NCBI GenBank assembly: GCA_030167865.1
Contig: JALAGF010002407.1
Location: 62,001-87,429, forward strand
DNA: 25,429 bases
Direction: 5' to 3'
DNA from: Craspedostauros australis
Lineage: Eukaryota
Of this stretch, positions 1-8,843 are shown in pieces (the first letter of the stretch is position 1; the number at the start of each line of letters is the position of its first letter). The position numbers and the translations under genes are program-made. A model generated the notes under the pieces. It did not search any database and was not told the DNA's origin. It worked only from the letters and a program-made list of their open reading frames with translations.

Positions 1-2
1 AA

Positions 3-464
3 AACAATCTCCAGGAACTCCTGCGCATCACCCCCTCTGATGACGGAAAGGTCGACGAGGATGCGCAAGCCATGTGGTCTGACACCGAGAAGATCCTCCA
101 ACAGCAGAAGGAGCTCATCGACAGCATGGACATCCCGGACGAAGAGAAGGCCAAGATGCACCTGGAGTTGCCTCCCGGAGACGATGCCGTCGGACCACTC
201 CTCGACACCGGAGTGTACGAGATGCTCGTGTCCAAGCAGAAGGGCTTCGCCGAGGGCCAAGACATCGAACGTCGCAACGAGCTGAAGAACCGCGTCGTGC
301 GCCTTGGTCACGTGTGCCGCATCGCACACAACAACATCCAGCAGCCGCATGGAAATTACGCCGAGCTCGAGGTGCTTTTCCGTAAGCTGTTCCAGAACAT
401 CAAGTACAGTGTCGCTGACATGATGAAGCAGCTCACTGACCAGCACGATGTCACCGAAGTCTAA
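3..464 (+). CDS. 3' end of an unidentified protein-coding gene (5'-partial, runs off the window start)
   Basis: The frame is open from position 3 (NNLQELLRITPSDDGKVDEDAQA) into the listed ORF 72..464, ending TAA. Strong C/G-ending codon bias and natural-looking helical protein. No family recognised. Confidence 0.75.
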   Translation, partial: NNLQELLRITPSDDGKVDEDAQAMWSDTEKILQQQKELIDSMDIPDEEKAKMHLELPPGDDAVGPLLDTGVYEMLVSKQKGFAEGQDIERRNELKNRVVRLGHVCRIAHNNIQQPHGNYAELEVLFRKLFQNIKYSVADMMKQLTDQHDVTEV

Positions 465-1022
465 ATTTGCACCGTTGTGGACTACCTACATATGATACGC
501 ATGGTACTCGTACTCGTACGAGCCGTGGTACATTGGGAGATGGGGTTCTTAGGTACTCTGTGCTCCATACGACGTGCCCGCACACAAGATTAATCTTCCC
601 TCTCGAGAGAGAGAAAATGATAGCAGAGCAACACTTGTCAGTTCATCTGAGTGTGCTGTATGAACTGTGGTAGCTGTTGCGTCGGCACTGGAGGTTGTGC
701 GCGCAAAGGCAGACCCTTGATGAGGACCGCACCATGAACTCTGGTTGCAACTGAGCCATCGGACGCCGTCCCGTTTGTTCTCTTGCAAGATTCTGAATGG
801 CCACTGCAGCGCTTCGGTCATGTCGGAGGATCTCTCTCGTACAATGCATGCTAATACGAGTAGATTAGAGTAGGAAAGGGCCGCAATGATCGAAATTGGA
901 CATTACGAGGATGGCACCACGTATCATACTAATACTCTACAAGTTTACTGCTGGTCCCATCACATACGAATACAGTCCACTCCAGCCCCCTTGTCCGTCG
1001 ACCGACCCAACAGATGGGGACT

Positions 1023-2654
1023 TCAGCGCTTGTAGGTTGCCAGCGACAGGATGATGAAGAGCTCCAGGAAGACCGATTGGAGGAGGACGAACCAGGCCCC
1101 GATCAACGGTTCCCCAACGATCGACAGGCACGGCTCCTCCGTGACGTCATGGAAATGGGAGCACAGCTTGGTGGGCTCTTGGTTGATGACGTAGTCGACG
1201 ACGGGAGCAAATCCCATCGATCCCGCGAAGACGCTGACGGCGAAGACCATGCCGCAGAGCATCGGGTGTATGCAGGAAAGGACGGTGCGGCAGAGGTTGG
1301 AGTAGTCGGGATCCATGGTCCACACGCCGATCGCCAAGCCGGTCGCGACGAGCGGGAGGATGTAGACGGTGAGGACGAGGACGACCTCGAGGATGAGCAT
1401 CTGGTACACCGCCGTGCCGGCATCAGAAGCGCGTTGACCGACTAATGCTGGGAACTCCCAGAAGGCGACGTGGAAGACTACGTCGTCCATGTAATCGGCC
1501 GCCAAACCTCCGTACCACACCTCGTACATGGGCAGGAAGAGCGCAGGGAGCCATGCGAGGCACGCGAGCAGGCCAATTTGAAAGACGATGAAGGAATGGC
1601 AGCCCTGGAAGCTGCAGCACATTCCAGATGCGTCGCTGCCATTGCGATTGCCATCGGTGTCGCTGTCCATGTCCCCGAGCAACGGTGCGGCATGTTCGTC
1701 GCCGACCAAGCGTGGTGATCGGCGATTCTGCCACGGTAGCTGGAAGGCGCTGGCGGGCGGGATGCCGCGCCCCTCCGTCGTGGTGCGGCCGATGTACAGC
1801 AGCCGCAACCCGCTGCGATATCCCGCGATCCTGAGAACGACGAAGACCCCCAGGGCGCAGAACATGCCCAGCGCGTAGGCCATGATTCCGCCCTGAGTCT
1901 TGTTGTAGAGAACGAGAGTCGTGTCCTCCGTCTCGAGAGTTATGGAGGACATGCCGACGTCCAGGACCATGAGGATGAAGAGCGCCAGCAGGGAGAAACG
2001 AGCCAACCACTCGAAGATCATGCGCGGCATCCGAAAGTCGGTGTTGGAGCTGCGGCCTCCAGCGTGCTGCACGAGCATGCGATCCTTGTGGTCGCTGTGC
2101 GTCCACGTGGGACACAGGATCATACAGACGCAGGGGAGCAGCAACGAGGTGACGATGAGGCAGAGGGCGACGGCGTCGTAACCCGCGCTGTTCAAGGCGG
2201 AGAGGATGGATGCCAGCGTGGACGACCTGAGCTTGAAGGCGGTGAGGCCGTCCAGCATGGGCAGGAACTGCGACTGCCAATCCACAGTGGTGCGAACGAA
2301 GGTGTCGAACCAGGACTTGGCGAAGAAGGAGGCCCAGGTGAACGCGAACTGCAGCACGCACAGCGTCCCCGCTATGACCGTTGCGGTCGATGCGCTGCCC
2401 GGTGGGATCTGCTGGTGGCGCTGGTTGGACGATGCGATGCCCGCCGTCGGCATGGAGGGCGCGGAGGCCGGACCAGCACCATCCAAGCCCATCTCAGCGT
2501 TCGGCGGCAGCGACGAGGACATGGTGATCATGCGTTCCAGCGGCGATGCGTTCGCCTCGGCCATCCCTCCTCCGTTCGTGAACATGGACAGCGACGGTGC
2601 TTCATTGTGATCCTCGGGCGAAGCCAGCAGCGGTGGAGGCGCAGACGATGCCAT
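1023..2654 (-). CDS. Multi-pass membrane protein, 543 aa, probably PqiA/LetA (paraquat-inducible protein A)-like with two membrane modules
   Basis: Long ORF with strong GC3 bias and two blocks of ~4 hydrophobic helices separated by a polar linker. PqiA-like segments: LCLIVTSLLLP..., FEWLARFSLLALFILMVLDV, LAWLPALFLPMY. The CDS is secure; the family call is tentative. Confidence 0.6.
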   Translation of the reverse strand: MASSAPPPLLASPEDHNEAPSLSMFTNGGGMAEANASPLERMITMSSSLPPNAEMGLDGAGPASAPSMPTAGIASSNQRHQQIPPGSASTATVIAGTLCVLQFAFTWASFFAKSWFDTFVRTTVDWQSQFLPMLDGLTAFKLRSSTLASILSALNSAGYDAVALCLIVTSLLLPCVCMILCPTWTHSDHKDRMLVQHAGGRSSNTDFRMPRMIFEWLARFSLLALFILMVLDVGMSSITLETEDTTLVLYNKTQGGIMAYALGMFCALGVFVVLRIAGYRSGLRLLYIGRTTTEGRGIPPASAFQLPWQNRRSPRLVGDEHAAPLLGDMDSDTDGNRNGSDASGMCCSFQGCHSFIVFQIGLLACLAWLPALFLPMYEVWYGGLAADYMDDVVFHVAFWEFPALVGQRASDAGTAVYQMLILEVVLVLTVYILPLVATGLAIGVWTMDPDYSNLCRTVLSCIHPMLCGMVFAVSVFAGSMGFAPVVDYVINQEPTKLCSHFHDVTEEPCLSIVGEPLIGAWFVLLQSVFLELFIILSLATYKR

Positions 2655-2744
2655 GCTTTCGTTCTTGCCTCCTCTGATGATGGCGGTCTTGCCAATCTTC
2701 CTTCTTCACCACTCTTGTCGGCCGTCTCCCGTTCGTTAATGTGC

Positions 2745-2800
2745 TGATGATTGATTGATTGATTGTTGATCGATTGATTGTTGATCGATTGTTGATCGAT
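2745..2800. repeat. Compound microsatellite: (GATT)n followed by three GATTGTTGATC-type units
   Basis: tgatgattgattgattgattgttgatcgattgattgttgatcgattgttgatcgat read directly, ~90 bp upstream of the ATG at 2654. Confidence 0.85.
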
Positions 2801-3369
2801 CCCTCGCTTGCTCTCTTCGTGTTGGTATGAACACTCGACGACTCTTGATCGTACTGTGCGGATAGGAGTCCTATAGTATTATGGCACAGTCTAAGTGCTC
2901 GTCAGGGCGAAAGGTATGATCTCTCTCGATGTTTCTTGCTTGCGCCTTCTTCGCCAAGTGGCAATCCACCATGACAAGAAAGAAGACAGCCAAGACAGAA
3001 AATGATCGATCGTTTGTCGTGTCAACAACGTCCACGGTCACTCGTGACTGTTGGGTGCCTTGGTTGTTCGCCTGCGTTCCATTCTTGTTGAATCGCGGTT
3101 TCGACTTATTTAGTCCTCATAACAACTAGGTTTACGCAAATAGCAAGCATGAGCGAATAAATCAGCCCATTTCAATCATAAAATTATCTCACCCAAACTA
3201 GCCAAGTTATGAAGGGCATCACCACAAAAACAATGCGACGGCTCTGTGTTTGGAAAAGCACGGCTCCCACCACACATTGTGTGCAGCATCCACCCTTGCA
3301 TTTCGCATTGAACAGAGATACGAGCAGAGGGGAGAGAACGACCCAACATTACCACTCTCAGGCAGCAGT

Positions 3370-6237
3370 ATGAGGTGTCTGCGCACAGCAGCAGCAACAA
3401 CAACACATCGAGTCAGGCAGACGACGAAGCTCCGAGAATGGAAAACGTGCGTTCCCTGCTGCACTTCTGCTCGCTCTGCCGTTCGTGCTGACAATGGTGA
3501 AGATGATGCGTCGTCCTGTCGCGCCAATGGACACACACTAGAGTCGCCACATTCACAGGTGGCAAGATATGGATGGGCAAGTGCTCTCGGGAATGGATTC
3601 TCCATAATAGACCAACAGGGTGGAGGGAGATGGAGAATGGCGCTATTGCAACGAACATTCTCGACAACCGTGGATGACACCATGGATGGCACCATGGATG
3701 GCACCGCCAATGCCAACAGCGCGCAAGTTGGGTCGCTTTACGACAGCTGGATAGAAGACGTGAATTATATCCGCAGCCTGGGCGTGGGATCGTTCACGGA
3801 ATCCACCTGGCTGGACGTTGACAACCTCATCCGCACTTGGATCTTCGCCATGCCCGAATTCCAGCAACGCAGACCGACCAATGAGCAGCATGCGACACAG
3901 TTGGCCACGATGATGAATCTCATCTTTGCGCTGTTGGAACGGACGGCCATGGAACCCGCGGTGAGGCTTCCCAATCCTCCAGATGCACTCCAAGGCGTAT
4001 TGCAAACCTGGAACATCGTGTTCGCGCGTCAATGCAGAGGTCCCAGAGGCAGGTCGTCTGCATCGGTCGATGGCGTACCCATGCCTCTGGAAGTCTTCAA
4101 GACTGTCGACAGACTGCAGCAATCCTCAAACGGCGCCTTCTTCGTAGATCAGCAAGTGGTCACCAGCATTTTGGAAGTCATGTCCCTGACTTTCAAGCAT
4201 GGCATCATCAAAGATTCGAGACCAGGGATGGAGGTTGCGACGAACTTGCTCGTCGATATCACCGAGGCATCGCGGCATAACCCAGCCATCCAGCCCTCGC
4301 TGCGCACATTTGCGGCGTTTATGAACTGTTGCATCCACAGCAACTTGCCCAATGCGGTCGATTTGATGGACGAGGTGTATGCACAGCTAGAGAAAATGAA
4401 TCAGGAGGGTTGGGCTCATCTCAAACCCAACGACGTCATCTTCAATTTGCGTCTCAAGATGCATGTCGTTGCTGGTCAGCTAGAGACAGCAGAGGCGCTG
4501 CTCCATCAACATACGAGTATTCAGAGAACGTCAGACGATTACGACGGTATTGACTATGGTGGTGACTCCGATACCTTTCCGGATTGTATCTCATTCACCA
4601 CAGTCTTGGATGGTTATGCGACACCGTCCAAAGGCAGACGCAGTGACCCGACTCGTGCGCAAGGGCTCCTCTCCAGAATGCAGCAGCTCTACGAAGGCGG
4701 CAACGACTTGGTCAAGCCCAATCTCTTCAACTACACCACGGTCATCAAGGCGTGGGCGCTCGCGGGAAACTCTGCGCAAGCAGAGAGCATCTTCAACCTC
4801 CTGCGCGAGTATTCCAACGAGGATCCCGAATTGACGCCCGACACAGCCGTTCACAACACCTTGCTGCTGGCATACGCACGTGCGCGCCAACCAGAGAAGG
4901 CGCATGCGCTGCTCCTCTCCATGATTGGCGAAGACATGGTCGGATCCGAACAATCACAAGAAGCTCCGCACCGCACACGCGTGGCAATACCGGATCAACG
5001 ATCGTTCAACATCGTCATCGCGGCATGGGCGAAGCAGGGTAAGGCGGACATGGCAGAGGCAGTGCTGACGCTCATGCATGACTTGCATCGAGAAGGGAAG
5101 ACCGAATCCAAACCTGATGTGGTCTCGTATAATGCGGTTTTGGACGCATGGTCCCGATCCAAGGACAACGACGCGTGGAAACGTGTCGATGACATTCTGC
5201 AGCACATGCTGAAGAAGTACAGGAACGGTGACAAGTCCATCAAACCGACAATCGTCACGTTGAACTCCGTCATGAAGGGCTTTGCAAAGGCCGACAACTC
5301 AATCAGAGCAGAACGACTTCTAGACGTCATGTTGAATGATGGGGGGTCCTCAGATTTGCCAAAGCCGAACCTGAGGACGTGGAACACCGCCCTGTCATCA
5401 TGCTCCCGGCTAGGCAATGTCAACAGCGCCTCAAATATACTAGCGAAGATGCAGAGGAACTCCGTTGCGCCGGACATCATCACGTGCAACACCATGCTCG
5501 CCTGCCTCTCGCGAAACGGAACAAAGAAAGCGGCAGACCAGGCATTGAAATTCTACGTCAGCATCGTGCAGAACCACAACGTGGAGCCCGATCGAATTTC
5601 GTTTGAAACGCTGCTAGATGCCATCATCCATGGTGCGGATGTTGGTCAGGCCGAGGAGCTGATCTTGGAATTGTGCCGTGATCCATCGAAGTATACGCGT
5701 GTCAATCCCAACCTCGACATGTTCCACAAAGTTCTGCGAGGATGGGTGAACCAAGGATCTCCGAAACGAGCCGAGTCGTTGCTCCTCAAGATGATCGAGC
5801 TCTATGAGAATGGTCAGGAAGCCGTGAAGCCAAACCTCAACACGTACAATCGGGTTCTCAGTTGCTGGGCAAAGTCCAATGAGAAGTACAGCGGCGAACG
5901 TGCTCAACTCATCTTGCGCCAAATGAAGATGCTGGAGGCAGATGGCAAGACAGAAATGGCGCCGGACATCATCTCGTACAACACCGTCGTCAATGCGTGG
6001 GCCAACAGCATGGATCCAACTTCGCACCTTCAAATCGAGAGCTTGGTGTTGGAAATGATCATGGCAGGCCGCGAGAAGCTTATGCCGGATGCTGCGACGT
6101 ACGGATCGTGGTTGAAGGCGATTTCGAGGCATGAGGATGTGAAGGATCATGTGAAGGACGTCGTGAAGATGATGAAGGTGCACGATTTCTCACCTACTGG
6201 CTATCTCGAGAAACGAATCGCGGCGCTTTCCAAATAG
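3370..6237 (+). CDS. Pentatricopeptide-repeat (PPR) protein, ~955 aa, probably organelle (mitochondrion)-targeted
   Basis: About 15 tandem PPR motifs (e.g. KPNLFNYTTVIKAWA, KPDVVSYNAVLDAWS, APDIISYNTVVNAWA). The listed ORF starts at TTG 3250; the first in-frame ATG is 3370, giving an R/T/A-rich N-terminus (MRCLRTAAATTTHRVRQ) like a presequence. Confidence 0.9.
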   Translation: MRCLRTAAATTTHRVRQTTKLREWKTCVPCCTSARSAVRADNGEDDASSCRANGHTLESPHSQVARYGWASALGNGFSIIDQQGGGRWRMALLQRTFSTTVDDTMDGTMDGTANANSAQVGSLYDSWIEDVNYIRSLGVGSFTESTWLDVDNLIRTWIFAMPEFQQRRPTNEQHATQLATMMNLIFALLERTAMEPAVRLPNPPDALQGVLQTWNIVFARQCRGPRGRSSASVDGVPMPLEVFKTVDRLQQSSNGAFFVDQQVVTSILEVMSLTFKHGIIKDSRPGMEVATNLLVDITEASRHNPAIQPSLRTFAAFMNCCIHSNLPNAVDLMDEVYAQLEKMNQEGWAHLKPNDVIFNLRLKMHVVAGQLETAEALLHQHTSIQRTSDDYDGIDYGGDSDTFPDCISFTTVLDGYATPSKGRRSDPTRAQGLLSRMQQLYEGGNDLVKPNLFNYTTVIKAWALAGNSAQAESIFNLLREYSNEDPELTPDTAVHNTLLLAYARARQPEKAHALLLSMIGEDMVGSEQSQEAPHRTRVAIPDQRSFNIVIAAWAKQGKADMAEAVLTLMHDLHREGKTESKPDVVSYNAVLDAWSRSKDNDAWKRVDDILQHMLKKYRNGDKSIKPTIVTLNSVMKGFAKADNSIRAERLLDVMLNDGGSSDLPKPNLRTWNTALSSCSRLGNVNSASNILAKMQRNSVAPDIITCNTMLACLSRNGTKKAADQALKFYVSIVQNHNVEPDRISFETLLDAIIHGADVGQAEELILELCRDPSKYTRVNPNLDMFHKVLRGWVNQGSPKRAESLLLKMIELYENGQEAVKPNLNTYNRVLSCWAKSNEKYSGERAQLILRQMKMLEADGKTEMAPDIISYNTVVNAWANSMDPTSHLQIESLVLEMIMAGREKLMPDAATYGSWLKAISRHEDVKDHVKDVVKMMKVHDFSPTGYLEKRIAALSK
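3667..3705 (+). repeat. Short in-frame 12-bp tandem repeat (ACCATGGATGGC-like, T-M-D-G) in the PPR N-terminal region
   Basis: accgtggatgac accatggatggc accatggatggc acc. Confidence 0.7.
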
Positions 6238-6503
6238 AGTAAAGTGGAGTAGGGAAGGGCAGAGTGGACACGATTGGTGTAGGGCATCCTGATTACGTCT
6301 TTTCAGCGATTCTCATACGACTAGAATACTATTTGCTCCGTCCTACCCGCAGCGCACGAGCAATGCAGCAGCACAAGCATGCATCCTGGTTGCGACTTGC
6401 ATCTCTGCTGGACTTGTTTACGGGTAAGACTACGCTGGGTCATTGTACGAGTGGTCTAGCGCAACGCAGACAATGGCGTGGTTGCAATCCCGTCGGCAAG
6501 GCC

Positions 6504-8549
6504 TCACTTCTTGGCGTTCCTCTTCGGCAAGAAGAAGTTTTGGATTCCCGCCTTTCGCTTTCTTGGCGGTTGTGATCGGATCGAAGATTGCGATGAACGA
6601 ATGATCTTCGATTGCGTGCCAGATACCTTCTTCGACTGTCCCTGCGATGCTCCGCTCCCAAAAAAGGACATGATCGACCGTTGCGCCTTGTGAGGTTGTG
6701 CCAGCTTGGTCGCCTTGTCTGTTGCGTTCAATTCCAGATCCCTGCGAATGCAGTCATCGTCGAGCAGGACCGAGATCGCGATGTGATCCGAGAATGTCGG
6801 CGGCGTGTAGATCATGCCAGTGTGGGGGATCCCGAATTGGCTCTCCAACGCCTGTCTTGACGATTGCTGGATCCCCCCACCGTCGAAGGCAGCTGCTTGG
6901 AATTGACCATTCGCCGTCGCCGCGTTCAGAGCAGCGCTATCGCTGAAAGGATCTTCATCGTCAGGTCCGCAACATCTGGGATGCTCGACGTCTCCCTTCT
7001 GAACATTGGATCGCAGCGTTTCATCGACGAGGATGTAATCGATCCGACCTCCCTCGTTGAAGTAGCGCCGATTCTTGGACTGGTTCCAGCACGTGAATCG
7101 ACCCAACGCGCTGGGATAGAAGTGGCGGAAGGTGTCGACCATCTTGTCCTCCTCGATAAGTGCATTGAGCCAAGCGCGCGGCGGGGAGGCCTTGCTGATG
7201 CCTCCGATCGTATCCGCGATGTGTCGCTGCAGTTCGTCATCCCAACGGATGCCTGCTATCTTGAGCTGAAGCTCCGCCAAGGTATCCACGCATACTGCAT
7301 TTTTCTCCAGAGATATTCGCTCTTGATTCGTTTGTGGGCACACGTAACTTGATGCATCGAAGGCATACTGGTACAGACAGTAGTCCGGCAATGGTTCATG
7401 ATTGCCGAGGAAGACACGCTTTCGGAAAGTGTTTGTATTGTTCGTCTCTTCACCGCCGACGCCGTCGCTTGTGCTGACATGCACGGACATGCGATACCTC
7501 TCATACTTTTGATTCGTCATTGGATTCGTGGTTTGAGTCTTAACCACTTCCTGCGTTTTCAACGCGTCGGCGATTTTAGGCCACCCCTTTGCGACGTCCC
7601 GTTTCCATTGCTCCAGTTGTCCTCCTTTGCTTTTCTCATCGTTGGCGTCGTTGTTGGGATCGGCGATGCTGTCGCGATTGCTGCTATCATTGCCGTTGTC
7701 AATGTCACTGCTATTGTTGGGACGTTGACACTTTCTCACCGCAGCAACTTCATCCAGGATTTCATCCACGAGGACCAACCGATGCCTCCAAAATCGATCC
7801 AGCGGTCCGCGCGCGATGTTCAAATCGCCAGCAAGGATGACCTTCTTATTCAATACATCGCGCTGATGACGAATCGCATTGCGCAACGCGATGAGAAACT
7901 TCATGCGGAACGCCACTGGCTGCCCGCTGGCCGGGACGTAGACATTGAAGATGACGATGTCTCCATGATCCGTCATGACGCAACGACCGTGCCGATCCAG
8001 TTCTGCGTCGCCCAGCGGGTTGGAGTTGGCCGACACCACCATTCCTTGCCGCACGTACGTCATGGCGCCGTTCATGCCTTTCGCATTCTTGTCCGACAAG
8101 GAGTTGCAGCTCCAGAAGGACTCGTATCCCTCCACCACAGCGCAGCCTCTTGGTTCACATCGCGAGGATAGCTTGGAGCGCGGGATCTTGTGTTCCTGGA
8201 CGCAGAGGATGTCCACGTGGTGGCGCTTGAGGAAGTGAGCGATCGCAAGCGACGGTGCGGACTTTGTCTTCTTCGGCCTCTTCCTGCTGTTGATGCTGGG
8301 ATGGGTCTGTGATTGTGACTGCGATTGCGGCTGCGATTGAGACTGCGACTGTGTGTCATTGTCTGACTGCGAGAGATGGCCTCGGTCGGCATCATGTTCT
8401 GACGCAATCACGCTCGCATTGGTGTCTGCAACATGATGGAAGTTGATCTTGCTGCTGTCCTCCGCACCTTGAGCTTCTGAGAAGAACGCCTCATGGATGC
8501 GATCGGAGGTTGTGGAAAGACCCGCGACGTTCCAGGAGACGATCAACAT
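6504..8549 (-). CDS. APE2: Exonuclease III-family AP endonuclease, APE2/Apn2-like, ~681 aa
   Basis: Complete EEP catalytic motif set: MLIVSWNVAG, DILCVQEHK, FNVYVP, AGDLN, VDTFR..YP...FTCW, GRIDYILV, SDH. C-terminal PIP box QRSIMSFF is typical of APE2. Start placed at ATG 8549 because the family fold begins at M-x-I-V-S-W-N; an upstream in-frame ATG exists at 8687. Confidence 0.85.
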   Translation of the reverse strand: MLIVSWNVAGLSTTSDRIHEAFFSEAQGAEDSSKINFHHVADTNASVIASEHDADRGHLSQSDNDTQSQSQSQPQSQSQSQTHPSINSRKRPKKTKSAPSLAIAHFLKRHHVDILCVQEHKIPRSKLSSRCEPRGCAVVEGYESFWSCNSLSDKNAKGMNGAMTYVRQGMVVSANSNPLGDAELDRHGRCVMTDHGDIVIFNVYVPASGQPVAFRMKFLIALRNAIRHQRDVLNKKVILAGDLNIARGPLDRFWRHRLVLVDEILDEVAAVRKCQRPNNSSDIDNGNDSSNRDSIADPNNDANDEKSKGGQLEQWKRDVAKGWPKIADALKTQEVVKTQTTNPMTNQKYERYRMSVHVSTSDGVGGEETNNTNTFRKRVFLGNHEPLPDYCLYQYAFDASSYVCPQTNQERISLEKNAVCVDTLAELQLKIAGIRWDDELQRHIADTIGGISKASPPRAWLNALIEEDKMVDTFRHFYPSALGRFTCWNQSKNRRYFNEGGRIDYILVDETLRSNVQKGDVEHPRCCGPDDEDPFSDSAALNAATANGQFQAAAFDGGGIQQSSRQALESQFGIPHTGMIYTPPTFSDHIAISVLLDDDCIRRDLELNATDKATKLAQPHKAQRSIMSFFGSGASQGQSKKVSGTQSKIIRSSQSSIRSQPPRKRKAGIQNFFLPKRNAKK

Positions 8550-8843
8550 GGCGCATGCATGGGAATGTGTATCAACAAACGCTGTAGACCCCCTTGTGGA
8601 GTGGATGGAGTTGTGCAGAAGTGCAGAAACGCAACATTGAATCCGAAGGCGCCAAATTGAAGAATCAATGGGTCTATTCTCATGCACAGGCTATCATTGA
8701 GATCCCAACACGCAGCAGCTCGCATTGGAGAATGCAATCACTGCGACCTACTCGTAGCTCCATCCCACCAAATACTACACGTAACTTGTTTCGTTCATTT
8801 CCCTTCACTACACCACCATTGGGTTTCTCTCGAGAGGAAGAGA

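Noticed and set aside
1014-2747. Multiple alternative-frame and antisense ORFs (143, 312, 227 aa) over the membrane protein gene
   Set aside because: Expected from high GC3; Arg/His/Gly-rich nonsense composition.
3250-3369. N-terminal extensions from TTG/GTG starts in the ORF track (PPR 3250, COQ5 16462, Rieske 15935, gag 23540)
   Set aside because: Eukaryotic locus; the first in-frame ATGs give sensible targeting peptides or domain starts.
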